Assembly: GCA_963748625.1 (NCBI GenBank)
Contig: CAVVJT010000010.1
Span: forward strand, 992,001-1,056,000
Source: an uncultured Chloroflexia bacterium
GTDB lineage: Bacteria; Chloroflexota; Limnocylindria; Limnocylindrales; CSP1-4
Direction of reading: 5' to 3'
DNA: 64,000 nucleotides
Of the stretch, positions 54,268 through 64,000 are shown one piece after another. The notes under the pieces are model-generated. The model was not told the DNA's origin, made no database searches, and saw only the letters and a program-made list of their open reading frames with translations. The number at the start of each line of letters is the position of its first letter. The stretch's first letter is position 1. Position numbers and translations under genes: made by a program.

Positions 54268-55731
54268 TCACGATCCGGGCGACGAATCCTCGGCCGTCCC
54301 GGGGCGTGCGGTGGGCTCCGCGAACTCGTCCACCCCTGCGGCGCGGCCCTTCCGCACCACCGGCGGCCGCGGGACCCCCAACGGGATCACCGGCAGCTCG
54401 GCCCGGACAACGGCCGGTGGCTGGCCGTGGCAGCGCTTCACCTTCTGCCCAGACCCGCAGGGGCACGGATCGTTGCGGCCGGCAACGGCCACCGCCGCCG
54501 CGATCTCCACGTCGTACCCGGGCATCAGCGGCACGACCTCCCGTGCCTCGCGCCCCGTCTTGAGCAGCCGGACGATGACCTTCGCCGGCCGATCGATGTG
54601 CCGGAAGAAGGACATGTACCCGGAGCACAGGTAGTTCAAGCCGGGCTCCCCGTCCGGCGTGGTCAGGAACCGGTTCTTGGGGCACTCGCCGTGGCACGCG
54701 AACCGCACGTCGCACTCGCGGCACATCCGGGGCAGCGTGTCCCGCTTGGCCGCCCCGAATACGAGCTGCTTCTCCGACCCCACGAGGTCCAGCATCGGCA
54801 GCTCGCGGATGTTGCCCAGGCGGTGCTCGGGCTCCACGAAGTGGTCGCAGGAGAACAGGTCCCCGTTGTGCTCCAGGGCGAGGCCCGCGCCGCACGTCTC
54901 GTTGAAGACGCACAGGCCGGAGCCCGCGGCCCCGAAGTGGTTGCGGATGGCCGCCTCGAACGTCTGCACGAACACACGGCCCACGTCGTTGCGGACCCAT
55001 TCGTCCCAGATCGTCGTCAGGAACCGCCCGAACTGCTCCGGCCGCACCGACCGGACGGATGCCGCCATCCCGCGCATCGGATCGGGCAGCCCGCGCTCGT
55101 CCACGCGCTCCACCACGGGGATGAACTGCATCCAGTCCGCGCCCAGGTCGTCACGCAGGAAGCGGTAGACCTCCAGGGGGTAGTCCCCGTTGAGCCGGTT
55201 GACGGTGGTCAGGGTGTTGAAATCCACCTTGTGCGCCTGGAGCAGCCGCACGCCGCGCATCACGTCGGACCAGGTCGCCTTGCCACCCTTGTCCACGCGG
55301 TTGCCGTCGTGGAGCGGCTGCGGACCGTCGATGGAGAGGCCCACCAGGTAGCCGTGCCCGGCCAGGAAGGCGGCCCACTCGTCATCGATCCGCGTCCCGT
55401 TCGTCTGGATCGTGTTCTCGAAGGTCATCCCGGGGCGGCGGTAGCGCTCCTGGAGCTCGTGGACCCGGCGGAAGAAGTCCAGGCCCATCAGCGTGGGCTC
55501 GCCACCCTGCCAGGCGAACGTGACCTCACTGGACCGGTGCGCCTCGATCAGGCCACGCACGTAGGTCTCGAGCGTCTCCTCGTCCATCCGGAACGTGGAG
55601 CCCGGGTGCATCGCCTCCTTGTCGAGGAAGAAGCAGTACGTGCAGGCCAGGTTGCAGATGGCGCCGGTGGGCTTGGCCATCACGTGGAACCGCGGCGGGG
55701 CGGCGGTCAGGGGCGCGGCGAGGTCGGTCAC
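54268..55731 (-). CDS. Anaerobic sulfatase maturase (radical SAM/SPASM) with C-terminal SEC-C motif
   Basis: KPTGAICNLACTYCFF, WQGGEPTL, SPASM cysteines (CVFNETCG, SCDHF, CRECDVRFACHGECPK), GRNDPCPCGSG. Confidence 0.92.
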   Translation of the reverse strand: MTDLAAPLTAAPPRFHVMAKPTGAICNLACTYCFFLDKEAMHPGSTFRMDEETLETYVRGLIEAHRSSEVTFAWQGGEPTLMGLDFFRRVHELQERYRRPGMTFENTIQTNGTRIDDEWAAFLAGHGYLVGLSIDGPQPLHDGNRVDKGGKATWSDVMRGVRLLQAHKVDFNTLTTVNRLNGDYPLEVYRFLRDDLGADWMQFIPVVERVDERGLPDPMRGMAASVRSVRPEQFGRFLTTIWDEWVRNDVGRVFVQTFEAAIRNHFGAAGSGLCVFNETCGAGLALEHNGDLFSCDHFVEPEHRLGNIRELPMLDLVGSEKQLVFGAAKRDTLPRMCRECDVRFACHGECPKNRFLTTPDGEPGLNYLCSGYMSFFRHIDRPAKVIVRLLKTGREAREVVPLMPGYDVEIAAAVAVAGRNDPCPCGSGQKVKRCHGQPPAVVRAELPVIPLGVPRPPVVRKGRAAGVDEFAEPTARPGTAEDSSPGS

Positions 55732-55740
55732 CAGCGGAGT

Positions 55741-56682
55741 CTAGCCGTCGAAGACCGTGACCCAGTCGCGGGCCATGCTCACGACGGTCCAGCCCAGGCG
55801 CACGGCCGTCTCCAGGATCGGCTCGGCTCCCGGGTCGGTCGCCGACCGGCTCTCGTACGCGAACTCGCGCTCCGCGTCGTCGTGGTCGATGACGATGCCC
55901 AGCGTGGACCCCGCGCCCGTCGTCGCGTACTCCAGCATCTCCCGGTCACCCGCGGAGTTGCCGGCGGCCAGGATCGGCCGGCGCCCGATGTGGGCGTGGA
56001 TCGCCCGCGCCTTGGGCTCACCCTCGTTCACGTCCCCGCGACCGAGGACGGCCTGCCGCACGAGGTGGACGACCCCGTCCCGCCGTTCGAACGCCACGTC
56101 CACGGCCGTGCCCACCACGTCGTCGGGCGTCACGCGGTAGAGGTCCAAGGACACGGCCCGGACGAAGTCCACGCCGCCGCCGGTCACGATGAACACGCGG
56201 AAGTCGTGTGCCCGCAGCAGGTCCAGGAGCTCGAGCATCGGCCGGTACACCAGCCGCGTGAACGGGCCGCCGAGCGTGGGATGGACGGCGGAGGCGAACC
56301 AGGCCGTGGCAGCCGCCGCAAACTCCTCCACGGTCAGGCCCGCGTGGGCGAACAGCGCGACGTCCCCGACCTCGTCCGCGCCCACGGCGAACGCGCCGCG
56401 CAGGTCACCGGCGAGCAGGGCCCTGACAACCGGCCGCGCCGCCAGCGACGGGTCGGCCGCGGCCAGCTCGCGCAGGCGGTCGATGACGAAGTAGGCCTGG
56501 GTGTAGGTCGGCCGCTCCGACCAGAGCGTGCCGTCGTTGTCGAACACAGCGATCCGGGCGGCCGGCGGGACGAAGCCCGCCGAGCCACTCGTGGTCGCAC
56601 GCGCGACGAACGCGAGGATGGCGCTCCGCGCGTCACCCTCGCGCCAGGACGGGAGCAGGGAAGCCCCGAGGTCAGTGGCCAC
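55741..56682 (-). CDS. HAD-like hydrolase (sulfatase-associated)
   Basis: FDNDGTLW, VTGG, AAGNSAGD, HDDAEREFAY, VSMARDW. Confidence 0.88.
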   Translation of the reverse strand: MATDLGASLLPSWREGDARSAILAFVARATTSGSAGFVPPAARIAVFDNDGTLWSERPTYTQAYFVIDRLRELAAADPSLAARPVVRALLAGDLRGAFAVGADEVGDVALFAHAGLTVEEFAAAATAWFASAVHPTLGGPFTRLVYRPMLELLDLLRAHDFRVFIVTGGGVDFVRAVSLDLYRVTPDDVVGTAVDVAFERRDGVVHLVRQAVLGRGDVNEGEPKARAIHAHIGRRPILAAGNSAGDREMLEYATTGAGSTLGIVIDHDDAEREFAYESRSATDPGAEPILETAVRLGWTVVSMARDWVTVFDG

Positions 56683-58177
56683 CCTGGAGGGCGGCCTCCA
56701 TCTTCGCCATGACCTGGTCCACGGTGAAGGAGGCGGCCTTCATGCGTGGCGGGAACTGGAAGAAGGTCTGCAGGAACTCGCCCACGACCTTCTGCGACGG
56801 GACGATGAGGTAGATGCGGTCAATGATCCAGTCGTAGTACGTGTTGGACGTGATATTGGCCCGCTCGAAGGGATCGGTCCGCAGGTTGAACAGCAGCGGC
56901 ACGCGCAGCATCACGAACGGCTCCGCCCAGACCTGGAGGGTGCCCTGGACCCGCTGCTCGGCGAAGACCAGCTTCCAGTTGTCGTAGCGGGTGGCCACGA
57001 GGTCACCGTCGTCGCTGAAGTAGAAGAACTCGACGCGCGGTCCCTTGTCCTCCTCGCCCGTGAGGTAGGGCAGGAAGTTGTAGCCGTCGAGATGGACCTT
57101 GAAGGTCTTGCCCGCGGCCTCGTGGCCCGCCTTGAGCTTGTCCTTCACGTCCGGGTCGCCGGCCGCGGCAAGGAAGGTGGGCATCCAGTCCATGTGGCTG
57201 ATGATCTCGTTGGAGACCACGCCCGCCGGGATGTGGCCCGGCCACCGGATCATCTCCGGGACGCGGAAGGCGCCCTCCCAGTTGGTGTTCTTCTCGCTGC
57301 GGAAGGGCGTCATGGCGCCGTCCGGCCAGCTGTTCATGTGCGGACCGTTGTCCGTGGAGTACACGAAGATCGTGTCGTCCGCGATGCCCAGCTCGTCCAG
57401 CTTGTCCAGGACGCGGCCCACGGCCTTGTCGTGGTCGATCATCGCGTCGTGGTACTCGGACTGCCAGCGGCCGGACTGGCCGCGGCTCTCCGGCTTGATG
57501 TGGGTCCGGAAATGCATGTGGGTGGTGTTGACCCACAGGAAGAACGGCGCGTCAGCGGCGGCCTTGCGTTCGATGAAGTCGATCGCGCCATCGACGATCT
57601 CGTCGTCGATGGTCTCCATCCGCTTCTTGGTGAGCGGACCCGTGTCCTCGATGGTCTGGGTTCCGTCCGCGTTGGCCTTGCAGCGCAGGACGCCGCGCGG
57701 CCCGTAGTTCTTCTTGAAGTCCGGGAAGTCGGACGCCTTCGGATAGTCCTCGTGCTCCGGCTCCTCCTCGGCATTGAGGTGGTAGAGGTTGCCGAAGAAC
57801 TCGTCGAAGCCGTGGGCCGTGGGCAGGTGGCGGTCCTGGTCGCCCAGGTGGTTCTTGCCGTACTGGCCGGTGGCGTAGCCCTGGGCCTTGAGGAGCTCGG
57901 CGATGGTGGGGTCCTCGTCCGGCATCCCCACCGCGGCGCCCGGCATGCCCACCTTGGACAGGCCCGTACGGTAGACGCTCTGCCCGGTGATGAACGCGGA
58001 CCGGCCGGCGGTGCAGCTCTGCTCGCCGTAGGAATCCGTGAACCGCATCCCCTCATTGGCGACACGGTCGATGTTGGGGGTCCGGTAGCCCATCAGCCCG
58101 TCGCTGTACGCGGACAGGTTGGTGATCCCGATGTCGTCCCCCCAGAAGACGACGATGTTGGGCTTGCCGTTCGGCAT
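56672..58177 (-). CDS. Arylsulfatase (Cys-type, no signal peptide)
   Basis: PNIVVFWGDD, formylglycine motif SCTAGRSAFITG, GKNHLG, STDNG. Confidence 0.93.
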   Translation of the reverse strand: MPNGKPNIVVFWGDDIGITNLSAYSDGLMGYRTPNIDRVANEGMRFTDSYGEQSCTAGRSAFITGQSVYRTGLSKVGMPGAAVGMPDEDPTIAELLKAQGYATGQYGKNHLGDQDRHLPTAHGFDEFFGNLYHLNAEEEPEHEDYPKASDFPDFKKNYGPRGVLRCKANADGTQTIEDTGPLTKKRMETIDDEIVDGAIDFIERKAAADAPFFLWVNTTHMHFRTHIKPESRGQSGRWQSEYHDAMIDHDKAVGRVLDKLDELGIADDTIFVYSTDNGPHMNSWPDGAMTPFRSEKNTNWEGAFRVPEMIRWPGHIPAGVVSNEIISHMDWMPTFLAAAGDPDVKDKLKAGHEAAGKTFKVHLDGYNFLPYLTGEEDKGPRVEFFYFSDDGDLVATRYDNWKLVFAEQRVQGTLQVWAEPFVMLRVPLLFNLRTDPFERANITSNTYYDWIIDRIYLIVPSQKVVGEFLQTFFQFPPRMKAASFTVDQVMAKMEAALQGGH

Positions 58178-58297
58178 CGGTGGCTCTCCTCGCGGACCGC
58201 GGTCTGATGCGTGCTGGTGTCACGTCTCGGGTCCGTGCAGTCTAGGCCGTCCAGGCCTGGCCCGGCTCGCCGGGTTCGAGTGAGGCATGATGGCGAG

Positions 58298-59755
58298 GTG
58301 ACGCAGACAGACGCCGCCCTCCCGTCCTCCGCCCTGCCCGCGGCGGAATGGGGCGCCCGCGCCACCGAGCTTGTCGGTCTGCTCCAGGATCTGATCCGGA
58401 TCCCGTCGATCAACCCGCCGGACCCGCCCGGACCAGAGATGGACGCTGCCGTCTTCCTCGCGGACCTTCTCCGTCGCGAAGGCCTTGTGCCAGAGGTGAT
58501 CGAGTCGGCGCCTGGTCGTGGCAACGTCACCGTCCGCCTCCGAGGTGACGGGACCCGGGGCACGGGCGCCCCCGAGGACGCCCTGCTCCTGCTGTCCCAT
58601 CTTGACGTCGTGCCCGCGAACCCCGCCGACGGTTGGACCCATGACCCCTTCGCTGCCGACCTGGCCGACGGATATGTCTACGGCCGCGGCGCCGTCGACA
58701 TGAAGCAGATGGTCGCGCTCGAGACCATGGTCGTCGTGATGCTGGCCCGCCGTGCGCGCGAAGCCGGTCTCGACCCTGCCCGCGACCCGATTCCGGGCCT
58801 CCGTCGCGACGTGCTCTACACGTGCACCGCTGACGAGGAGGCCGGCGGGCGCGAGGGCGCGGGCTGGCTGGCCGCGAACCGCCCCGACACGCTGCGTGCG
58901 TCGGGAGCGCTCAACGAGGCGGGCGGCGTCTCGGTGGAGCTGGGCGGTCGCCGGTTCTACCCGATCCAGGTGGCAGAGAAGGGCTTCGAGGTCTTCAAGA
59001 TCCACGTCCACGGCACCTGGGGCCACGGCTCCATGCCCCGCGACGACAACGCCGCCGTGATGGCCGCCGAGGTCGTCCGGCGCATGGCCGTCCCGGGCGA
59101 GCCGCGGCTGACTCCGGTGATGCGCCGGTTCCTGGCCGGCATCGGCGAGGCGCTGGGGTCCGACCAGGCGGCACTGCTCGAGGCGATCGCCCGGGTCGAG
59201 GACGATCCGCGCCGCGCCGAGGCGGCCATCGCCAGCCTGTGCGACCCCATGTACGCGCGCGCCATCCGCGCCCTCGTCCGCGACTCCATCAGCCCGGACG
59301 TCATCCACGCCGGCGTCAAGTACAACGTCATCCCGGGCGAGGCGATGGTCGAGATCGACTGCCGCGTCCTGCCCGGCACCACCCCCGACGACATGCGCGA
59401 GGAGGTCGTCGCACGCCTGGGCGACCTCGCCGAGCGCTGCACCGTGGAGCACGTGATCGGCCGGCCGCCCGTCGAGGCCCCTGCAGAGGGTGAGCTCTAC
59501 GACCTGATGGCGGCCATGATCCGCGCCCATGACCCCGACGGCATCCCGGTTCCGGTCATGGCCCCGTTCGCCACCGACGCGAAGTCGACATCGGTCCTGC
59601 TCGGCGTGCCCACCTACGGCTTCTCCCCGCTCAAACTGGAGCCTGACGAGCGCTTCCTCGAGCGGTTCCACGGCGTGGACGAGCGCGTGGGCGTGGACGC
59701 CCTCCGTTGGGGCCTGCCCGTCCTCTACGACGTGGTGCTCGGCTACTGCGGATAG
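58298..59755 (+). CDS. M20/M25/M40 family metallopeptidase/deacylase
   Basis: LSHLDVV, YGRGAVDMK, ADEE, NEAGG, FHGVDE. Confidence 0.9.
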   Translation: MTQTDAALPSSALPAAEWGARATELVGLLQDLIRIPSINPPDPPGPEMDAAVFLADLLRREGLVPEVIESAPGRGNVTVRLRGDGTRGTGAPEDALLLLSHLDVVPANPADGWTHDPFAADLADGYVYGRGAVDMKQMVALETMVVVMLARRAREAGLDPARDPIPGLRRDVLYTCTADEEAGGREGAGWLAANRPDTLRASGALNEAGGVSVELGGRRFYPIQVAEKGFEVFKIHVHGTWGHGSMPRDDNAAVMAAEVVRRMAVPGEPRLTPVMRRFLAGIGEALGSDQAALLEAIARVEDDPRRAEAAIASLCDPMYARAIRALVRDSISPDVIHAGVKYNVIPGEAMVEIDCRVLPGTTPDDMREEVVARLGDLAERCTVEHVIGRPPVEAPAEGELYDLMAAMIRAHDPDGIPVPVMAPFATDAKSTSVLLGVPTYGFSPLKLEPDERFLERFHGVDERVGVDALRWGLPVLYDVVLGYCG

Positions 59756-59937
59756 CGGTCGTCGAACGGTCTCGCGCTGACCCGGCCGGGAGTCACGGAG
59801 CGGGTGGCCGTGCGGGCAGCGTGCGGCCAGGTCGGGGTTTCATGCACGGCCCACGCTCGGGCTAGTCGATCCTGACTCCCACGTGGTTCGACGAGGCGCG
59901 AGGGCCGCGGCCGGCAGCGCGTGCCATCGCGATGACG

Positions 59938-60613
59938 TCAGCCCGGCGGCTCCTCCGTCCGTAGCAGGCGCTTGCGGCTCGACAGCCGGTTCGTCGCGAG
60001 CGCGGCGACACCCATCGCGACCAGCGCTCTCTCGGAGCGCGGCATCGGCCGGACGAGCGCGAGGAACTGCTCTGCCCGCGCCCGGTCCACGATCCGCAGC
60101 GTGGCCTGCCCACGCGGCGTCAGCCACACGGACCGCTGGCGGGCGTCGTCCTCCTCCACCTTGCGCTCGACCAGGCGCCGCTTCTCCAGGCCGTCCACCA
60201 GGCGTGACGTCGCCGACGGCGAGCGGTTGATGGCGTCGGCGAGGTCCGCGATGGTGGTGGTCGCCCCCTCGGCCAGCACGTAGAGCGCGGCGAGCTGCGT
60301 GAAGCCCAGCTTGAGGTCGCCCAGCTGGGACGCGAACCCGATCACGAGCTCCCGCCACAGCGATCGCCCCATGGCCACCCGCTCGGAGATCTGGCGCACG
60401 TTCTGGATCCGCATGCCCGCCGCGACGACCGGCGCGGACAAATCCGCCTCGAAGACGCGCGCGATGACCCGCGGCGAGGCGCCGCGGCTGACGGGGAGGC
60501 CGGATCATCGACGCGGGGAGCGGTGGCCCATACGCGGGATCGGAGGGCCGCGTGCGCGGCGACTTCACGGTGGGCGTGGGCTTGGGGGCTGATTCCGGGT
60601 CGGGATCTGTCAT
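59938..60613 (-). CDS. MarR family transcriptional regulator (probable indel near 60504)
   Basis: FTQLAALYVL...TIADLA...SATSRLVDGLEKRRLV...DARQRSVWLTPRG. The likely N-terminus MTDPDP... lies in another frame with a GAGGT RBS. Confidence 0.8.
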
Positions 60614-60755
60614 CCCGCGGACCTCAATGGCGTGCTGCTCGAGTGGCAAACGGCCGCAGCCGCGTGCCGCACGAGCCTATGCCCAGCCCGATATTGCTGC
60701 AACCGTGCACATATTCTGCCGGGAAACGGGCGCAGGCCACGTACAGTCCGCCACG

Positions 60756-61726
60756 ATGAGCACGATTGCGTTTGTCTTTCCCGGCCAGGGTTCCCAGTTC
60801 GTGGGCATGGGCCAGGCCCTCGCCCAGTCCTCCCCCGCCGCCGCCGCGGTCTGGGCTGCAGCCGACGCGGCCCTCGGCGAGTCGATCAGCACGCTCGCCT
60901 GGGAGGGTCCCGAGGAGGACCTGAACCGGACCGAGAACAGCCAGCCCGCCCTGCTCGCTGCCTCCATCGCCTACCTCGAGGCCGTCAAGGAGCGCTGGTA
61001 CGAGCTCCAGGTGGACATCCCGGAGCCCGCCTTCGCCGCCGGCCACTCGATGGGCCAGTACACCGCCCTCGTCGCCGCGGGCGCCCTCGACCTCGCCGAT
61101 GCCGTCCGCCTCGTCCGGATCCGTGGCCAGCAGATGCAGGCATCGGGCACCGGCCGTGAGGGCCGGATGGCCGCCCTCATCGGCCTCGACGACACGAAGC
61201 TCCCGGAGCTCGTCGAGCGCGCCTCGGCCCACGGAATCTTCGGCGTCGCGAACCGCAACTCGCCGGGCCAGGTCGTGGTCAGCGGCGAGCGGCGCTGCCG
61301 TCGAGGCCGCGCTGCCCGATCGCCAAGGAGCTCGGTGCCAAGCGCGCGATCGAGCTGCCGGTGAGCGTCGCCGCCCACTCCCCGCTGATGGCCGAGGCCG
61401 CAGACGCCATGCGCGACGTCCTCGCCGGGATCACGTTCCACGATCCTGAGCCGCCCCTCCTCGCCAACGCCGACAGCCGGCCGATCACCACCGCCGAGGG
61501 CTGCCGCAACGAGCTGGTGGACCACCTGACCACGGGCGTGGACTGGGTCGGCGCGGTCAGGGCCATGGAGGCCGCCGGCGTCACCGTCTTCATCGAGGTC
61601 GGGCCGGGCCAGGTCCTCACCGGTCTCATCAAGCGCATCGCTCCAGACGCCACGGTCATCGCGCTCGACGACAAGGGCGCACCTGACCGTCTGGCCATCC
61701 CCTTCGCCGACTCCGCCGCCGTCTAG
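60756..61726 (+). CDS. fabD: Malonyl-CoA:ACP transacylase, apparent frameshifts at about 61290-61320
   Basis: FVFPGQGSQ, SQPALL, AGHSMG, ANRNSPGQVVVSG, VSVAAHSPLM, FIEVGPGQVL. Confidence 0.9.
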
Positions 61727-61781
61727 GCGACACCACCACCACCTCCGTCCTCACAGCACGATCACCTCCCGAAAGGACCCA

Positions 61782-63056
61782 ATGCGCCAGCCCGATTACA
61801 CGCGCCGCGTCGTCGTCACCGGGGTCGGGGTCATCAGCCCCGTCGGCAACGACAAGGCGACCGCCTGGAACGCCCTCGTCAACGGTGTCTCCGGTCTCCG
61901 CGAGATCACCAAGTGGGACATCGAGCGGTACGCGAACAAGGCGCGGGCGAGGTGACCGGCTTCGATCCCAAGCAGTGGATGGAACCCAAGGCGATCCGCC
62001 GCAGCGAGCCGGCGATGTGGTATGGCGTGGCGGCAGCCAAGCAGGCCGTCGCGGATTCCGGGCTGGAGATCACCGACGAGAACCGCGAGGAGGTCGGCGT
62101 CGTCTTCGGGACCGGCGCCGGCGGCCAGACGCTGATGATCGAGAACTGGCATGTCCTCGACCAGAAGGGACCCGAGCGGGTCGCCCCCACGTTCATCGCG
62201 AACGGCCTGGTCGACGCCACGTCGGGGATGATCGCGATCGAGACCGGTGCCATCGGCCACAACATGTGCGTGGTCACCGCCTGTTCCACCGGCACCAACG
62301 CGGTGGGCGAGGCCTCCGAGCTCATCCGGCGCGGCGACGTGCACACCGTGATCGCGGGCTCGTCCGAGATGCCGCTGCTCGAGGTGGCGCACGCGGGCTT
62401 CGGCAACATGCGCGGCCTGGGCTCCCCGCGGGAGGGCCGCCCGCTGGCCGACACCAGCCGCCCGTTCGACAAGACGCGCGACGGCTTCGTCCTGGGCGAG
62501 GGCGGCGGCGCGCTGATCCTCGAGGATCTCGAGATGGCCAAGGCGCGCGGCGCCCGCATCTACTGCGAGGTCGTGGGCTACGGCGCCGCCGCCGACGGCT
62601 GGGACATGATCCAGCCGATCGAGCATGGCGTGGGTTCCGCGCGGGCCATGAAGCTCGCGCTCCAGCGCCGTGGCGTCCCCGCGGACGAGATTGACGTGAT
62701 CAACCCGCACGGCACCTCCACCCCGGTCGGGCGACCACCGCGAGGCCGAGGCCATCTGGACCGTCTTCGGCGATCGGACGGCCGCGTCCCGGCAGTCCCT
62801 GCTGGTGAGCGCGACCAAGTCGATGACGGGCCACATGATGGGCGCCGCGGGCGCCTTCGAGGCCTTCGCAACCGTGATGACCGTGGCCGAGCAGACGGTC
62901 CCGGGCACCATCAACTACGAGGAGTTCGACCCCGAGTGCGACCTCTGGGTCCGCCCGGACACCGTGCAGATGCCGGTCCGCTACGCGCTGTCGAACAACA
63001 TCGGCCTCGGCGGCCACAACGGCGCGATCATCTTCAAGCGCTGGGACGGGCAGTAG
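61782..63056 (+). CDS. fabF: Beta-ketoacyl-ACP synthase II (copy 1), frameshifts near 61940 and 62730
   Basis: RRVVVTGVG, TACSTG (Cys), SRPFD..RDGFVLGEG, PHGTST, KSMTGHMMGAAG, GLGGHN. Confidence 0.85.
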
Positions 63057-63110
63057 ACGGCCGGTACAATCGGGACCCTGACATCCCTTCCGCACGCTGA
63101 GGCCCAGACC

Positions 63111-64000
63111 GTGCCCTCGACCGATCTTGCGCGCCGTGCCGTCATCACCGGCCTCGGGGCCGTCATGCCCATCGGCAATGACTTCGAGACCTACTGGACG
63201 AACCTCCAGAACGCGGTGACCGGCACCCGGTTGATCCAGTCCTTCGACGCGTCCGAGTTCGAGGTCCAGATCGCCGCCGAGGTGCTGGACTTCGACCCGG
63301 CTGCCGCCATGGACCGCAAGATGGCCAAGCGGATGAGCCGCTTCATCCACCTCGCGATGGCCGCGGGCAAGCAGGCGGTGGCCAACTCCGGGCTGGACTT
63401 CGAGGCGATGACCGTCGAGGAGCGCGACCGCGTGGGCGTGGTCGTGAACACCGGCGGTGGCGGCATCGAGTCGATCATCGACGGGACACATGTCGCAGAC
63501 ACCAAGGGCCCCCGGTTCGTGTCCGCGTTCGCGATCCCGGCCCTGTCGGGCTCGATGGCCAGCTGCATGCTCTCGATGGAGTACAAGCTCACGGGTCCCG
63601 TGATGACCCAGGTGGCCGCGTGCGCCACGTCGGTCATCGCCTTCCACGACGCGCTGCGCCTGATCCAGACCGGCGAGTGCGACGTGGTCCTCGCGGGTGG
63701 CTCCGAGGCGCCGATCTGGCCGATGGGCGTCGCGGCCCTGGCGAACATGACCGCGCTCTCCAAGCGCAACGACTCGCCGGAGACGGCATCACGCCCGTTC
63801 GACGCGACCCGCGACGGGTTCGTGCTCGGCGAAGGCGCGGGTGTGGTCGTGGTGGAGTCGGCGGAGCATGCGCTCCGGCGCGGTGCCACGCCCATCGCCG
63901 AGATCCTCGGTGGGGCGCTCACCGCCGACGCCTTCCACATCTCCGCGCCGGACCCCACGGGCCGTGGCCAGGCCCGCGCGATGGTCAACGCCCTGCGAGC
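63111..64000 (+). CDS. fabF: Beta-ketoacyl-ACP synthase II (copy 2, truncated by window edge)
   Basis: Manual translation: RRAVITGLG, AAEVLDFDP, AACATS (Cys), SRPFDATRDGFVLGEG, DAFHISAP. TACAAT at 63065 upstream. Confidence 0.85.
   Translation, partial: MPSTDLARRAVITGLGAVMPIGNDFETYWTNLQNAVTGTRLIQSFDASEFEVQIAAEVLDFDPAAAMDRKMAKRMSRFIHLAMAAGKQAVANSGLDFEAMTVEERDRVGVVVNTGGGGIESIIDGTHVADTKGPRFVSAFAIPALSGSMASCMLSMEYKLTGPVMTQVAACATSVIAFHDALRLIQTGECDVVLAGGSEAPIWPMGVAALANMTALSKRNDSPETASRPFDATRDGFVLGEGAGVVVVESAEHALRRGATPIAEILGGALTADAFHISAPDPTGRGQARAMVNALR

Noticed and set aside
54268-55731. Radical SAM/SPASM protein as a RiPP maturase with a nearby precursor peptide
   Set aside because: Its motifs and operon context with a Cys-type sulfatase indicate anSME, and no convincing precursor ORF is present.

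Overview
A very GC-rich bacterial chromosomal segment. Gene style suggests an uncultured Chloroflexota-like or Actinomycetota-like organism; this is an inference only. Most of the window is housekeeping and metabolic. Its core is a branched-chain amino acid supercluster: ilvB-ilvN-ilvC-leuA-leuB-cimA, then a stand-alone LeuA regulatory domain, a methyltransferase and pheA on the minus strand, with divergent leuCD and a separate ilvD. Other loci are tyrosine phenol-lyase with an Lrp regulator, a MoaD-MoaE fusion, a degenerate lysine 5,6-aminomutase alpha-like gene, acyl-CoA catabolic genes, a sulfatase-HAD-anSME operon, a ferrochelatase-like gene paired with a PEP-utilising enzyme, and fabD-fabF-fabF. 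Several genes carry single-base frameshifts that look like long-read indel errors. The main leads are: (i) two paralogous XRE-HTH + PD-(D/E)xK-like genes, each beside its own family of short palindromic repeats, with orphan palindrome doublets in other intergenic regions, suggesting an undescribed repeat-associated mobile cassette; (ii) a complete translation-coupled attenuator with an unusually long (72-codon) Val/Leu/Ile leader before ilvB; (iii) the stand-alone LeuA allosteric domain gene; (iv) a candidate structured ncRNA near 53.96-54.2 kb. No rRNA, tRNA, CRISPR array or recognisable transposase was found.
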